Source of the DNA: Candidatus Omnitrophota bacterium
GTDB taxonomy: Bacteria; Omnitrophota; Gorgyraeia; JAZDFF01
Length of the DNA stretch: 64,000 bases
Assembly (NCBI GenBank): GCA_043808095.1
Contig: JAZDFF010000020.1
Location: 26,624 to 90,623, forward strand
Direction of reading: 5' to 3'
Below the pieces are notes generated by a model that worked only from the letters and a program-made list of their open reading frames with translations, had not been told where the DNA came from and ran no database searches. Positions within the stretch are counted from its first letter, which is position 1, and each line of letters begins with the position of its first letter. A program made the translations under genes and the position numbers. Shown piece after piece: positions 19,945 to 29,850 of this stretch.

Positions 19945-20742
19945 ATGAAAAAGTTAAATTTTACCAAGATGGTGGCCTCGGGCAATGACTTCGTCATTGC
20001 AGAACTAAGAGCTCAGAGCTCAGGTTTAAGAATATTGGCGCAAAAAATCTGCGATCGAAAGTATGGGGTGGGCGCGGATGGCCTACTTGTCTTAGAGAGA
20101 TCTAAAATTGCCGGTGTCAGGATGCGTATATTTAACGCCGACGGAACAGAGGCACAGATGTGCGGTAATGGCGCAAGATGCGTTGCCTTATTTACGGGAA
20201 AGTCGCATTTAGAAATAGAGACTAAGGCTGGGATAATCGAGGCGAACTTAAAAAAAGGTTTGGTAAGAATCAAACTCACTGACTGCCGTGATATAAAATT
20301 AGATATACCGATTCCGGTTAACCACAGGAGTTTAAAAGTCAATTTTATCAATACAGGTGTGCCGCATGCAGTAATTTTTGTCGAAGGCCTGGATAAGATA
20401 GATGTGAATAATGCGGGCAGGCAAATACGTTATCATAATAAATTTATGCCTGCCGGAACCAACGTGGATTTTGTGGAAATTCTGGATCGAGATTCTATAA
20501 AAGTCCGCACCTACGAAAGAGGCGTTGAAGATGAGACCCTGGCCTGCGGCACAGGTTCAGTTGCCTCGGCGATAATATGTAGTTTTAAATTAAATTCCCG
20601 GGCAGCCAAGTTGAGATTTAAGGTCAAGACCCAAGGTGGGGAGATATTAAGAGTCCACTTTACCAAAAAAGATGCCAGGATAAAAGATGTCTGGCTGGAG
20701 GGTTGTGCAAAAATAGTTTATGAGGGGGAATACAATGTTTAA
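19945..20742 (+). CDS. dapF: diaminopimelate epimerase
   Basis: DapF fold with two catalytic Cys regions (NADGTEAQMCGNG and ACGTGS). Confidence 0.85.
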   Translation: MKKLNFTKMVASGNDFVIAELRAQSSGLRILAQKICDRKYGVGADGLLVLERSKIAGVRMRIFNADGTEAQMCGNGARCVALFTGKSHLEIETKAGIIEANLKKGLVRIKLTDCRDIKLDIPIPVNHRSLKVNFINTGVPHAVIFVEGLDKIDVNNAGRQIRYHNKFMPAGTNVDFVEILDRDSIKVRTYERGVEDETLACGTGSVASAIICSFKLNSRAAKLRFKVKTQGGEILRVHFTKKDARIKDVWLEGCAKIVYEGEYNV

Positions 20743-21643
20743 AGGCTCAATAGTGGCGATTGTTACGCCTTTTTCCGCCAAAGGCGGATCCGCCTCCGGC
20801 GGAAAGAAGTCAGTGATAGACGAAAAGAAATTTAGGGATTTAATCGAATTCCAGATTAAAAATGGCTCATCCGGCATTGTGCCTTGCGGGACAACCGGAG
20901 AATCTGCGACTCTGACGTTTGAGGAGCATGACCGGGTCATCGAAATCACCATTGAACAGGTCAAGAAGAGGGTACCGGTAATTGCAGGGACCGGCTCTAA
21001 TTCTACCCAAGAGGCGATTATGCTTACCCAGCATGCAGCCAAGGCCGGGGCGGATGCGTCTTTACAGGTTTCGCCTTATTATAATCGCCCCACCCAGAAA
21101 GGATTGTATGAGCATTTCAGGGCTATTGCCGAGTCTGTAAATATTCCGATTATCCTCTATAATATCGCCTCGCGCACCGGGGTTAATATTGAGCCTGAAA
21201 CAATAGCCAAACTCGCTAATGACTGCAAGAATATAGCGGCAGTAAAAGAGGCCTCGGGTAATCTCGACCAGATGTCGCGCATAAAACAGTTATGCGGGGC
21301 GGATTTTGATTTAATCTCCGGAGACGATAGCCTGACTTTGCCCATCCTCTCCATAGGAGGCACGGGCATTATTTCAGTTGTGGCAAATATTGTTCCCCGG
21401 GATGTCGCTAACCTCGTAGCTGAATTTGAAAAAGGAAATCTAAAAAAGGCTCAAGAGATTCACTATAGATTACTACCTTTAATAAAAGCAATTTTCATAG
21501 AGACTAACCCCATCCCGATTAAGACGGCAATGGGGCTTATGGGTTTGTGCGAGCCTGATTTAAGGCTTCCTATGACTTCTATGAGTCCTGATAATATTGA
21601 CAAATTAAGAAAGGCATTAAAGGATTACGGGTTGATGCGATGA
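20735..21643 (+). CDS. dapA: 4-hydroxy-tetrahydrodipicolinate synthase
   Basis: N-terminus MFKGSIVAIVTPF, the GTTGE motif, and the Schiff-base lysine region. A small Gly/Ser insert near the N-terminus is encoded by the palindromic ggcggatccgcc. Confidence 0.85.
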   Translation: MFKGSIVAIVTPFSAKGGSASGGKKSVIDEKKFRDLIEFQIKNGSSGIVPCGTTGESATLTFEEHDRVIEITIEQVKKRVPVIAGTGSNSTQEAIMLTQHAAKAGADASLQVSPYYNRPTQKGLYEHFRAIAESVNIPIILYNIASRTGVNIEPETIAKLANDCKNIAAVKEASGNLDQMSRIKQLCGADFDLISGDDSLTLPILSIGGTGIISVVANIVPRDVANLVAEFEKGNLKKAQEIHYRLLPLIKAIFIETNPIPIKTAMGLMGLCEPDLRLPMTSMSPDNIDKLRKALKDYGLMR

Positions 21644-22359
21644 TTAGACTGGTAATAAGCGGCGCAGCAGGAAAAATGGGTTTACGCATCATTGATTTAG
21701 CCTCGAAAGACAAAGACTGCGAGGTTGTCCTGGCTTTAGAGCGTCCGGATCATCCCGGGGTAAATAAGACTACTTGTACTACCGGCATAAACATAACTGA
21801 TGATTTAGGTTATATTAAAGACGCTGATGTCTTAATTGAATTTACCAGTCCCGAAGCCACCGTGGAACATCTGGAATTTGCCTTAAAATTAAAAAAGGCC
21901 TTTGTTATCGGTACTACCGGACTGGATGAGGCCCAGGTCAAAAAAATTAAAGACGCTTCAAGTCAAATACCGATAATTTATTCTCCTAATATGTCGATAG
22001 GCGTCAATGTATTATTCAAATTAGTCGAGGAGGCCTCCAAGAGATTAGGCAATAGGTATTGTATAAATATTATTGAGGCGCATCACGTGTATAAAAAAGA
22101 CGCTCCCTCGGGAACAGCAAAAAAGATAGTTGAAATTATAGAGGGCGAATCTTGCAAGGTTAATGATGTCAAGTCTATCCGGGAGGGAGAGATTATCGGC
22201 GACCACAAGGTCATCTTTGACGGTCCGTTTGACCGGATAGAATTAATGCATTCGGCAAAAAGCAGGGATATCTTTGCCCAGGGTGCGATTGTAGCGGCAA
22301 AATGGCTGGTTGGGAAAAAGCCCGGCCTTTATAATATGCATGATGTTATTGGTAAATAA
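21640..22359 (+). CDS. dapB: 4-hydroxy-tetrahydrodipicolinate reductase
   Basis: NAD-binding N-terminus ISGAAGKMG and the catalytic EAHH..K region. It overlaps the dapA stop. Confidence 0.85.
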   Translation: MIRLVISGAAGKMGLRIIDLASKDKDCEVVLALERPDHPGVNKTTCTTGINITDDLGYIKDADVLIEFTSPEATVEHLEFALKLKKAFVIGTTGLDEAQVKKIKDASSQIPIIYSPNMSIGVNVLFKLVEEASKRLGNRYCINIIEAHHVYKKDAPSGTAKKIVEIIEGESCKVNDVKSIREGEIIGDHKVIFDGPFDRIELMHSAKSRDIFAQGAIVAAKWLVGKKPGLYNMHDVIGK

Positions 22360-22578
22360 AAATTTAATTTTTCACAGATGGGCACAGATTTTACGTTAAA
22401 TTCACGTTTTCACAAGATGATCACAGATAATCCATCTGTTAGTCCTGAGCGTAGTCGAAGGACTAATCTTGTATCTTTTCCCGCCTTTATTTTCATTGCG
22501 GCGGGATCCCGCCAGATTTGTTTTATTTGTGCGGGATAATCTGTGCTAATCTGCGCAGAACAATTTTTAGATAAAAAA

Positions 22579-23730
22579 ATGAACATTGAATTTTCTGAAA
22601 GGTTAAATTCACTGCCGCCTTATCTATTCGCGGAAATTGATAAGGCAAGAAGAAGAGCTATCGAAGAGGGCCGCGACATCATTGATCTTGGTGTTGGCGA
22701 CCCGGATAGCCCCACCCCGGATTTTATTGTCGAGGCGATGAAAAAGGCGATAGTAGACGGCGTCAATCATCATTATGCCCTGGATTTGGGCATGCCGCGC
22801 ATGCGTCAGGCCATAGCCGGCTGGTACGAGAGAAGATTCAGGGTCAAATTAGACCCGGATAAAGAAGTCCTTCCTTTAATCGGTTCAAAAGAGGGAATTG
22901 CGCATTTACCACTGGCCCTAATAAATCCTAAAGACAAGGTCTTGGTTCCAGAGCCGTGTTATCCGCCTTATCGCTCGGGTGTTATATTTGCCGGCGGAAA
23001 GGTTGAGACTGTTCCGCTCTTAGCTAAAAATAGATTCTTGCCGGATTTAAGCAAATTAAAAGAAGGCAGGCTTATATTTGTTAATTATCCCAATAATCCT
23101 ACGGCAGCAGTGGCAGATGCTAATTTTTACAAATCTTTGGTAGACCTATCCAATGAAAAAGGAATGATGATCGCCTCCGACCTAGCCTACTCTGAGATTT
23201 ATTTCGATGACCAGAAGCCCTCTAGTCTTTTAGAGGTTGAGCATTCCAGAGATGCGGCAATCGAATTCCATTCTTTGTCTAAGACGTTTAATATGACCGG
23301 CTGGCGCATTGGCTGGGCCTGCGGCAACAGCCAGATAATTGGCGCCCTTTCGAAACTCAAAACTAACATTGATTCTGGGATATTCCAGGCTGTTCAGGTT
23401 GCAGGCATTACTGCCTTAGAGGCAGATGATAGTCATCCCGAAGAGATGCGCAGGCTTTATCAGGAGAGAAGAGACTACCTTATCAATGGCCTGCGTAGCA
23501 TCGGCTGGAAGATTGACGCGCCAACGGCCTCATTCTATGTCTGGGCAAAATTGCCCAAAGGTTATGACAGTTCATTAGGATTGGCTAAATTATTTCTAGA
23601 GAAGGCCGATATAATTGTTACTCCTGGTATTGGTTTTGGTAAATCAGGCGAGGGGTACGTGCGTTTTGCCCTTACTGTTTCAAGAGACAGGATAAATGAG
23701 GCTGTGGATAGGCTCAAGAAGATTTTATAG
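22579..23730 (+). CDS. dapL: LL-diaminopimelate aminotransferase (class-I PLP aminotransferase)
   Basis: N-terminus LPPYLFAEIDK...IDLGVGDPD typical of DapL, and the PLP-lysine region SLSKTFNMTGWRIGW. It lies in a dap/lys gene context with no dapD/dapE present. Confidence 0.75.
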   Translation: MNIEFSERLNSLPPYLFAEIDKARRRAIEEGRDIIDLGVGDPDSPTPDFIVEAMKKAIVDGVNHHYALDLGMPRMRQAIAGWYERRFRVKLDPDKEVLPLIGSKEGIAHLPLALINPKDKVLVPEPCYPPYRSGVIFAGGKVETVPLLAKNRFLPDLSKLKEGRLIFVNYPNNPTAAVADANFYKSLVDLSNEKGMMIASDLAYSEIYFDDQKPSSLLEVEHSRDAAIEFHSLSKTFNMTGWRIGWACGNSQIIGALSKLKTNIDSGIFQAVQVAGITALEADDSHPEEMRRLYQERRDYLINGLRSIGWKIDAPTASFYVWAKLPKGYDSSLGLAKLFLEKADIIVTPGIGFGKSGEGYVRFALTVSRDRINEAVDRLKKIL

Positions 23731-24153
23731 ATGGTAAGAGTGTATTTGAGTCTAGGCTCGAATTTAGGCAATAGGCATAAGAGCATTTTAGAGGCAATTA
23801 AGCTTATCAAAAAAGAAGGTATCCGCATCAAAAAAATATCTAGCGTTATAGAGACTGATCCTGTCGGCCCACCCCAAGGAAAATTCCTCAACGCGGTTTT
23901 AGAAATAGAGACAGATTATCCTCCGCGCAAACTCCTCTTAAAATTAAAGCAGATTGAAAAAACACTAGGTAGAAAAAAGACTGTCCGTTTCGGACCGCGT
24001 AAGATCGATTTAGATATCCTGCTTTATTCAGGTAAGAGGGTAAGGCTCCCGGGCTTGGTGATTCCTCACCCCCGGATGCTTGAGAGGGATTTTGTGATGC
24101 GGCCGCTAAAACAGATTGCGCCAAAAATTTTTCAAAACTTAGTCCAGAAATGA
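23731..24153 (+). CDS. folK: 2-amino-4-hydroxy-6-hydroxymethyldihydropteridine pyrophosphokinase
   Basis: HPPK motifs (YLSLGSNLG, ETDPVGP, IDLDIL, PHPRM). Confidence 0.85.
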   Translation: MVRVYLSLGSNLGNRHKSILEAIKLIKKEGIRIKKISSVIETDPVGPPQGKFLNAVLEIETDYPPRKLLLKLKQIEKTLGRKKTVRFGPRKIDLDILLYSGKRVRLPGLVIPHPRMLERDFVMRPLKQIAPKIFQNLVQK

Positions 24154-24995
24154 TTATCTTTTCTAGCGCGAAAAAAATTCATGACTATATACTTAAATTA
24201 AAAAAGAAAAATAAATCCGTTGGGTTTGTGCCCACGATGGGATATTTACATAATGGACATTTGTCTCTGATGCGCCGGGCGAAGAGAGAAAACGATATAA
24301 GCGTAATCAGTATATTTGTTAATCCCATTCAATTCGCACCCCATGAAGATTTTAAAAAATACCCGCGGGATTTTAAAAGGGATGAACGGCTGGCAAAATC
24401 TTGCGGGGTAGACATAATTTTTTATCCTACTACAAAGACAATGTATCCCCAAGGATACCTTACCTATATAGAGGTTAGGGATATATCAGATGCACTTTGC
24501 GGCGCGTCGCGGCCGGGCCATTTTAAGGGTGTCGCCACGGTTGTAGCCAAGCTATTGAATATTGTTGGCCCTGATATTGCCTATTTCGGGCAGAAAGATG
24601 TCCAGCAGGCGCGCATTATCACTAAGATGGCCGAAGACCTGAATATGCCCTCTATGATAAAAATCCTGCCGACTGTCCGTTGTCCCGACGGACTGGCGAT
24701 GAGTTCACGTAATTTTTATCTATCGAAACAAGAAAGGCAGGATGCCCTGGTATTAAACAGGGTTTTAAGAGAATCCCGACGGATGATAAAAAATGGAGTA
24801 AGGAATTCCGGGCCAATAATCTCGTCGATAAAAAACTTGATTTCGTCGAAGAAAACTGCTAAGATAGATTACGTTAAGATCGTCGATCCAGAATCGCTTT
24901 TAGAATTTAGAAAAATAAAAAATAAATCGCTTATTGCCCTGGCGGTTTGGTTTGGTAAAACCCGGCTTATTGATAATACGATAATCAGGTTATGA
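24150..24995 (+). CDS. panC: pantoate--beta-alanine ligase
   Basis: VPTMGYLHNGHLSLM (HIGH-like) and FGQKDxQQ motifs. Confidence 0.88.
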   Translation: MIIFSSAKKIHDYILKLKKKNKSVGFVPTMGYLHNGHLSLMRRAKRENDISVISIFVNPIQFAPHEDFKKYPRDFKRDERLAKSCGVDIIFYPTTKTMYPQGYLTYIEVRDISDALCGASRPGHFKGVATVVAKLLNIVGPDIAYFGQKDVQQARIITKMAEDLNMPSMIKILPTVRCPDGLAMSSRNFYLSKQERQDALVLNRVLRESRRMIKNGVRNSGPIISSIKNLISSKKTAKIDYVKIVDPESLLEFRKIKNKSLIALAVWFGKTRLIDNTIIRL

Positions 24996-25804
24996 AAAAA
25001 TTAAAAATAGGCATTGTAGGCTGCGGCGCTATCGGTTCATTTTTAGGAAGGCGTATCACAAATGGCTTTGCTAAGAAGGCAATCCTGGTTGCCATATCAG
25101 ATATAGATTACAATAAGGCAAAAATATTGCGTGCTTCCTTAAAGAGAAAACCGCGAGTCTTAGATCTCAGTAGGCTTATAAAAAAATCCGATCTAGTCAT
25201 TGAAGCGGCAAGTAGCCTGGTATCTGGTAAAATTTGTCGTAAGGTCATTAAGGCCGGTAAAGACATAATGGTGATGAGCGTCGGAGGGCTCTTGGGTGAA
25301 GACAGTATCCTGAAACTTGCCCGAAAAAGGAATTGTAATATTCATATCCCTTCAGGAGCAATTTCCGGGATCGACGCAGTCAAGGCTGCTAAAATGGGTA
25401 AGATTAAAAAGGTGATACTGACTACCAGAAAGCCTCCCCAGGCCTTAAAAGGCGCGCCTTTTATGATCAAGAATAGGATTAATTTAGATAACATCAGGAA
25501 AGAAACAATTATCTTTGAAGGTTCGGCCAAAGAAGCTACCCGGGCTTTCCCGCAAAATATTAATGTTGCAGCTACTCTTTCCTTGGCTGGTATCGGAGCC
25601 AAAGATACACAAGTCCGTATAATAAGCAGTCCCGCATATTCCCGGAATATCCACGAGGTTGAAGTAATAGGTGATTTTGGCAGGATAATCTGCCGCACTG
25701 AAAACACTCCTTCAGAAGAAAATCCCAAGACAAGTTATCTGGCAATGTTATCTGCTTTGGCGCTTTTAAAGCAGATTTTAGATCCTGTAAAAATAGGAAA
25801 TTAA
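24992..25804 (+). CDS. nadX: L-aspartate dehydrogenase
   Basis: Aligns along its length with Thermotoga-type aspartate dehydrogenase (GIVGCGAIG, SGAISGIDAVKAA, FPQNINVAATLSLAG, NPKTSYLAM). Confidence 0.75.
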   Translation: MKKLKIGIVGCGAIGSFLGRRITNGFAKKAILVAISDIDYNKAKILRASLKRKPRVLDLSRLIKKSDLVIEAASSLVSGKICRKVIKAGKDIMVMSVGGLLGEDSILKLARKRNCNIHIPSGAISGIDAVKAAKMGKIKKVILTTRKPPQALKGAPFMIKNRINLDNIRKETIIFEGSAKEATRAFPQNINVAATLSLAGIGAKDTQVRIISSPAYSRNIHEVEVIGDFGRIICRTENTPSEENPKTSYLAMLSALALLKQILDPVKIGN

Positions 25805-25971
25805 GTGAGGACATAAGTTATGGAGAGTTTTTCGGATAAAGAATTAAACGACATAACTTATCTGTCCGAACTTACCCGCCACTAATTAATGGCGGGTCAA
25901 ATTCGTACACATAACTTATGCAGTAATAATCAACGTAAGTTATGTACTCATTTAAGGAAGGAGGTGAGTTT

Positions 25972-26199
25972 ATGGCTAAGAAATTAATGAAAGTGGGAAT
26001 CAAGCGTCAAAAGGGTTTCCTCTATTACGTGGACAAACAAGGCGATGTCTCCTGCGCAAAGATGGCAAGAGGCAAGAAAAAGGGAGGCAGCCCAAAGAAA
26101 GTCGCGAAATGCGGTATCAAGAGAGCAAAAGGATACCTCTATTTCATTGACAAAAAAGGCGATATCTCCTGCGCAAAGATGAAGAGAGGAAGAAAGTAA
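25972..26199 (+). CDS. small Lys-rich protein with two tandem ~32-aa repeats (GIKRxKGxLYxxDKxGDxSCAKMxRG)
   Basis: Strong RBS AAGGAAGGAGGTG 8 nt before the ATG. The internal duplication is visible at the DNA level, including an identical 17-mer tctcctgcgcaaagatg. No homolog is recognised. Confidence 0.6.
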   Translation: MAKKLMKVGIKRQKGFLYYVDKQGDVSCAKMARGKKKGGSPKKVAKCGIKRAKGYLYFIDKKGDISCAKMKRGRK

Positions 26200-26215
26200 A
26201 AACAGTTTTTCCTAC

Positions 26216-26271
26216 AAAAAGACCTCTGTAACTATACCTGCTGATTTTAGGTATGAACAGAGGTCTTTTTG
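26216..26271 (+). terminator. strong rho-independent terminator
   Basis: The stem aaaaagacctctgt / acagaggtcttttt is followed by a T-run immediately after the small-protein stop. Confidence 0.7.
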
Positions 26272-26310
26272 TGATATAATTTTCTGAGATTTGACTAAAT
26301 CGAAAAACTG

Positions 26311-27696
26311 ATGAAGGGTTCAAAGCAGGAAAAAGCAGTCTATTTAATATTAATTTTCGTCTTAGCCCTTACTGTCATTCTTCGTCTATACGGAATCAGT
26401 AAAATACCTGCCTTTACAATCGACTGCGACATGTACATGACTATTTCTGAGGGGCTATATAAAAACCCTTTGAATTATTCCGCCAGGGATTTTTATGAAA
26501 GATATAAAAAGGAAGGCATCCAATTACCGGAATTTCTCAACCGGCCGTTATTCGTCTATCCGCCGCTTTACTGTTACCTTATCGACGGGTCATACCATCT
26601 TTTTGGATTAAACGAGCGCTCGGCACTTTTTGTCTCGCTTTTTTTCGGCTGCGCAACCGTCCTAATCGTATTTTTTATTGCCAAGGCCTTGTATGGGGCG
26701 CATATTGCAATCATCTCATCGGCACTGATGAGCATAGAACCGATTAACTGGATATCCAGCGAAAAGGTCTGGATAGAGACTACCTATGTTTTCTTTGCAA
26801 GCCTCGCCGTTTTACTATTCATTTTGGGGTTAAAAAATAGAAAATACCTCATTATTTGCGGGATATTTTTAGGCCTGAGCTTCTTGAGTAAATACCAGGC
26901 ATTTTTGATATTAATTGTAGTGCTTGGCTTTGCCTTCTTAAGGAGAAAAGGTTTGTTCTTTAAAAAGGAATTCTGGGGCATGCTTTTTATTAGCTTCATT
27001 ATGTTTTTACCGTGGGTAATCTGGAATATTAAGGAAAAAAATCTCAATACCTTCACTGATTTTTTCATATCCAATTATTCTTTTAGCTCCTTTAGGACTC
27101 TATTTTTTATATTTATAATTGCCCTCTTAGGCGGATTGTTACTTAGAAGGCAGATCTTATCTAGTAAGCCCAAAGCGCCTATCCATCAAAATAGAAATAT
27201 TCGTCTTTTGTACTTAACTGCAGTTTTTATTTTGGCATTATTTTTCTTTGTAAGAATTATGCCTGGTATTTTGTCGTTTAAGATACCTAGCCATGGATTC
27301 TATTCAGGCATGTTTTCTCAAGGGTCGGGTTATTTTTATATTGTCAGGCTAATCGAACTTTCGCCGATTTATCTACTTTCTTTTATCGCATTTCTCTATT
27401 ATTTCAATAAGAGAAACGAAGATTTTATCTTAATTCTCTGGGCGGGCATTGTTTTAATTTTCCATAGTCTATGGGGGAATTTCCAGAGTCGCTATGTCCT
27501 GCTTGCGGTGCCGGCCCTTATTATTCTGGCATCAAAGATAATCTGTGATATTTATGATAAAATAGGGATTGTATTCGATCATAAGTTAAAGATGTTATAT
27601 AAGTTCTTCTACTTTTTAATTTTTACAATATTTTTGTTTAAAAATATCCTCGTCAGTGTTGTCCTTGCAATAATAGACCATCCCTGTTATTTTTAG
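26311..27696 (+). CDS. GT-C fold membrane glycosyltransferase (GT39/GT83 ArnT/PMT-like, polyprenyl-phosphate-sugar dependent)
   Basis: Multi-pass membrane protein with an N-terminal YPPLY.. loop motif typical of PMT_2/ArnT-family dolichyl/undecaprenyl-phosphate-sugar transferases. Confidence 0.6.
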   Translation: MKGSKQEKAVYLILIFVLALTVILRLYGISKIPAFTIDCDMYMTISEGLYKNPLNYSARDFYERYKKEGIQLPEFLNRPLFVYPPLYCYLIDGSYHLFGLNERSALFVSLFFGCATVLIVFFIAKALYGAHIAIISSALMSIEPINWISSEKVWIETTYVFFASLAVLLFILGLKNRKYLIICGIFLGLSFLSKYQAFLILIVVLGFAFLRRKGLFFKKEFWGMLFISFIMFLPWVIWNIKEKNLNTFTDFFISNYSFSSFRTLFFIFIIALLGGLLLRRQILSSKPKAPIHQNRNIRLLYLTAVFILALFFFVRIMPGILSFKIPSHGFYSGMFSQGSGYFYIVRLIELSPIYLLSFIAFLYYFNKRNEDFILILWAGIVLIFHSLWGNFQSRYVLLAVPALIILASKIICDIYDKIGIVFDHKLKMLYKFFYFLIFTIFLFKNILVSVVLAIIDHPCYF

Positions 27697-27709
27697 ATAT
27701 TGTAAGCCA

Positions 27710-29593
27710 ATGAAGAAAATAATTTATTTACTAATTTTTATTTATGTAGCCTTCCTCACCTATATTTCTTATTTAAAGTTCATTTCTTATAATTATTACG
27801 ACTTTGACTTGGCCGTCCATGCCCAGGTATTATGGAATATTATCCACGGTTCAATCGACAGTTCAATTTTAGGAATAGGTTTTTTAGGCAATCACGCCCA
27901 TCTGATTCTTTTTTTAATAACTCCGGTATATAAATTATTTGCTCATCCTCTGACCTTATTGTTCCTACAAAGCCTTGTCCTGGGTGTTAGCGCCTACCCT
28001 CTATATTTGCTGACCAAGGATGAGTTGAACGAATTTTGGGGCCTTTTAGTCGTTATATTGTATTTATCCTATCCTGCGCTTGGTTTTGTGAACTTATATG
28101 AATTCCATCCCACGGTTTTTGCAACATTGTTTTTGGCATTAACTTTCTATTATTTTAAGAAAGATGATTTTGGTAAATTTGTTTTGTTTATGGTATTAGC
28201 GCTCTTATGCCAGGAAAATATCGCGCTTTCTATCATTATGTTTGCTGCACTTGCCGCCTTTTTAAAACGAGGGCCTAGGTGGGTATTAGTACCGCTTATT
28301 TCGGGCCTTGCGTATTTTTATTTGTGCGTTGGCTTAATTATGCCCTATTTTAACAAAAATACTATTCAATTTCTTTCTCTTTACGGCCATCTCGGCAATT
28401 CTTTTGGCACGATTTTGGCCTCGATATTATTACATCCTTTAAAGATTTTAAAATTAATATTTGCTACCAATAAAATTATTTACCTTTTTTTGGTTTTCGG
28501 GCCGTTATGTTTTATACCCTTTTTGAGTCCGGGAACATTGATCTTATCATTGCCTTTCTTTTTGCAGCATTTGCTATCGCAGAGGCCCACAGACGTATCG
28601 CTTCAATTTCATTATCTGGCAGAAATTATACCGTTTTTATTTATCGGGTTTATCTACGGGATAAAACGCTTTCTGAATCTGGCCTTTTTAAGGAAATATC
28701 AGTTAATTTTTGCGATTTCACTATTTTCAGCTACTGCCTGCTTTAGCGCATATATCGGGCCGCAGGTCGGGCTATTATTTGCCCGTGGTATGTTAAAAAA
28801 AGACGCCTTAGATAGACAGCGCGACCGGCTCATTGCTATGATCCCTAAAGACGGACCGACAGTAGCCACTTTTCAGTTCCTCTCGCATTTGACTGAGCGA
28901 AAATACCTGTATTCTTTTCACCATGCCTACATCGGCCGATACACCTTGTCTAAAAAGAAATACCAGGTGCCTGAAAATGCCCGCTATGCCTTGATAGATT
29001 TTAATGATCCCCTGACTTTCGGAAGTTTTTATAAGTCTCAAGACAAATCTGTCAATATCAGGAAATTTTTGTCGTCAGATAAATGGGCGGCCGAAGACGT
29101 AGTAAATTCCATTGTTTTTTTCAAAAAAGGCGGCCAGGGTAACCTCGAACTTTATAAGATATTAACTGATAACCCGCATCCAAAGAGAAAAGTTGATGCC
29201 ACAGTTCTTGGTGATATAAAATTTATTGGTTACGATTTTAAACCTGCGCAAAAATGTGGCCTTTTAAATTTTGTATTTTACTGGCAGGGCGTTAAAAAAA
29301 CCGATATGGATATAAATGTTTACTTGGATTTTATTGATGAAGATAACAGGCTGGTCAACAGGATATTCAGTCCGGTTTGTTATAGAATTTATCCCACCAA
29401 TGCCTGGAATGAAGGCGAATTCATCAGGGAGGATAAATACATTATGGCCCCCGATAACCTTAGTGAAGGTTTTTATACCATAAAACTAGGATTCTACGAC
29501 CAAAGGACAGGATTCGCGCTTAGCGCCTCCTCTGACATAAAAGATTTGTTTGATGACAAGGGAAGGATACGACTTCTGACTTTGAATAAATAA
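27710..29593 (+). CDS. DUF2079-like polytopic membrane protein with a large C-terminal extracytoplasmic domain
   Basis: About 14 predicted TM helices followed by a ~250-aa soluble domain. The N-terminal region resembles the DUF2079 family that often accompanies glycosyltransferases. Confidence 0.45.
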   Translation: MKKIIYLLIFIYVAFLTYISYLKFISYNYYDFDLAVHAQVLWNIIHGSIDSSILGIGFLGNHAHLILFLITPVYKLFAHPLTLLFLQSLVLGVSAYPLYLLTKDELNEFWGLLVVILYLSYPALGFVNLYEFHPTVFATLFLALTFYYFKKDDFGKFVLFMVLALLCQENIALSIIMFAALAAFLKRGPRWVLVPLISGLAYFYLCVGLIMPYFNKNTIQFLSLYGHLGNSFGTILASILLHPLKILKLIFATNKIIYLFLVFGPLCFIPFLSPGTLILSLPFFLQHLLSQRPTDVSLQFHYLAEIIPFLFIGFIYGIKRFLNLAFLRKYQLIFAISLFSATACFSAYIGPQVGLLFARGMLKKDALDRQRDRLIAMIPKDGPTVATFQFLSHLTERKYLYSFHHAYIGRYTLSKKKYQVPENARYALIDFNDPLTFGSFYKSQDKSVNIRKFLSSDKWAAEDVVNSIVFFKKGGQGNLELYKILTDNPHPKRKVDATVLGDIKFIGYDFKPAQKCGLLNFVFYWQGVKKTDMDINVYLDFIDEDNRLVNRIFSPVCYRIYPTNAWNEGEFIREDKYIMAPDNLSEGFYTIKLGFYDQRTGFALSASSDIKDLFDDKGRIRLLTLNK

Positions 29594-29850
29594 AATTTAG
29601 AAAGCAAAAACGCAAAATAAGGTAACTATTAAAGATACCGCAGAAACGCAATCCATTCGACTTCACTCTACTTCGACAAGCTCAGTATTCATCCTGAGCG
29701 AGCGAAGCGAGTCGAAGGGCTCAGGATTGCGTCCTGAGCCATTCGACAGGCTCATGATGTTTCTAATAGTGCTGAGCGAAGTCGAAGCATTAATCGAAGG
29801 ACGCAAATAAAAAATTTGGCGGTTTAGCGATTAAAAAAGGAGAAGGAAAA

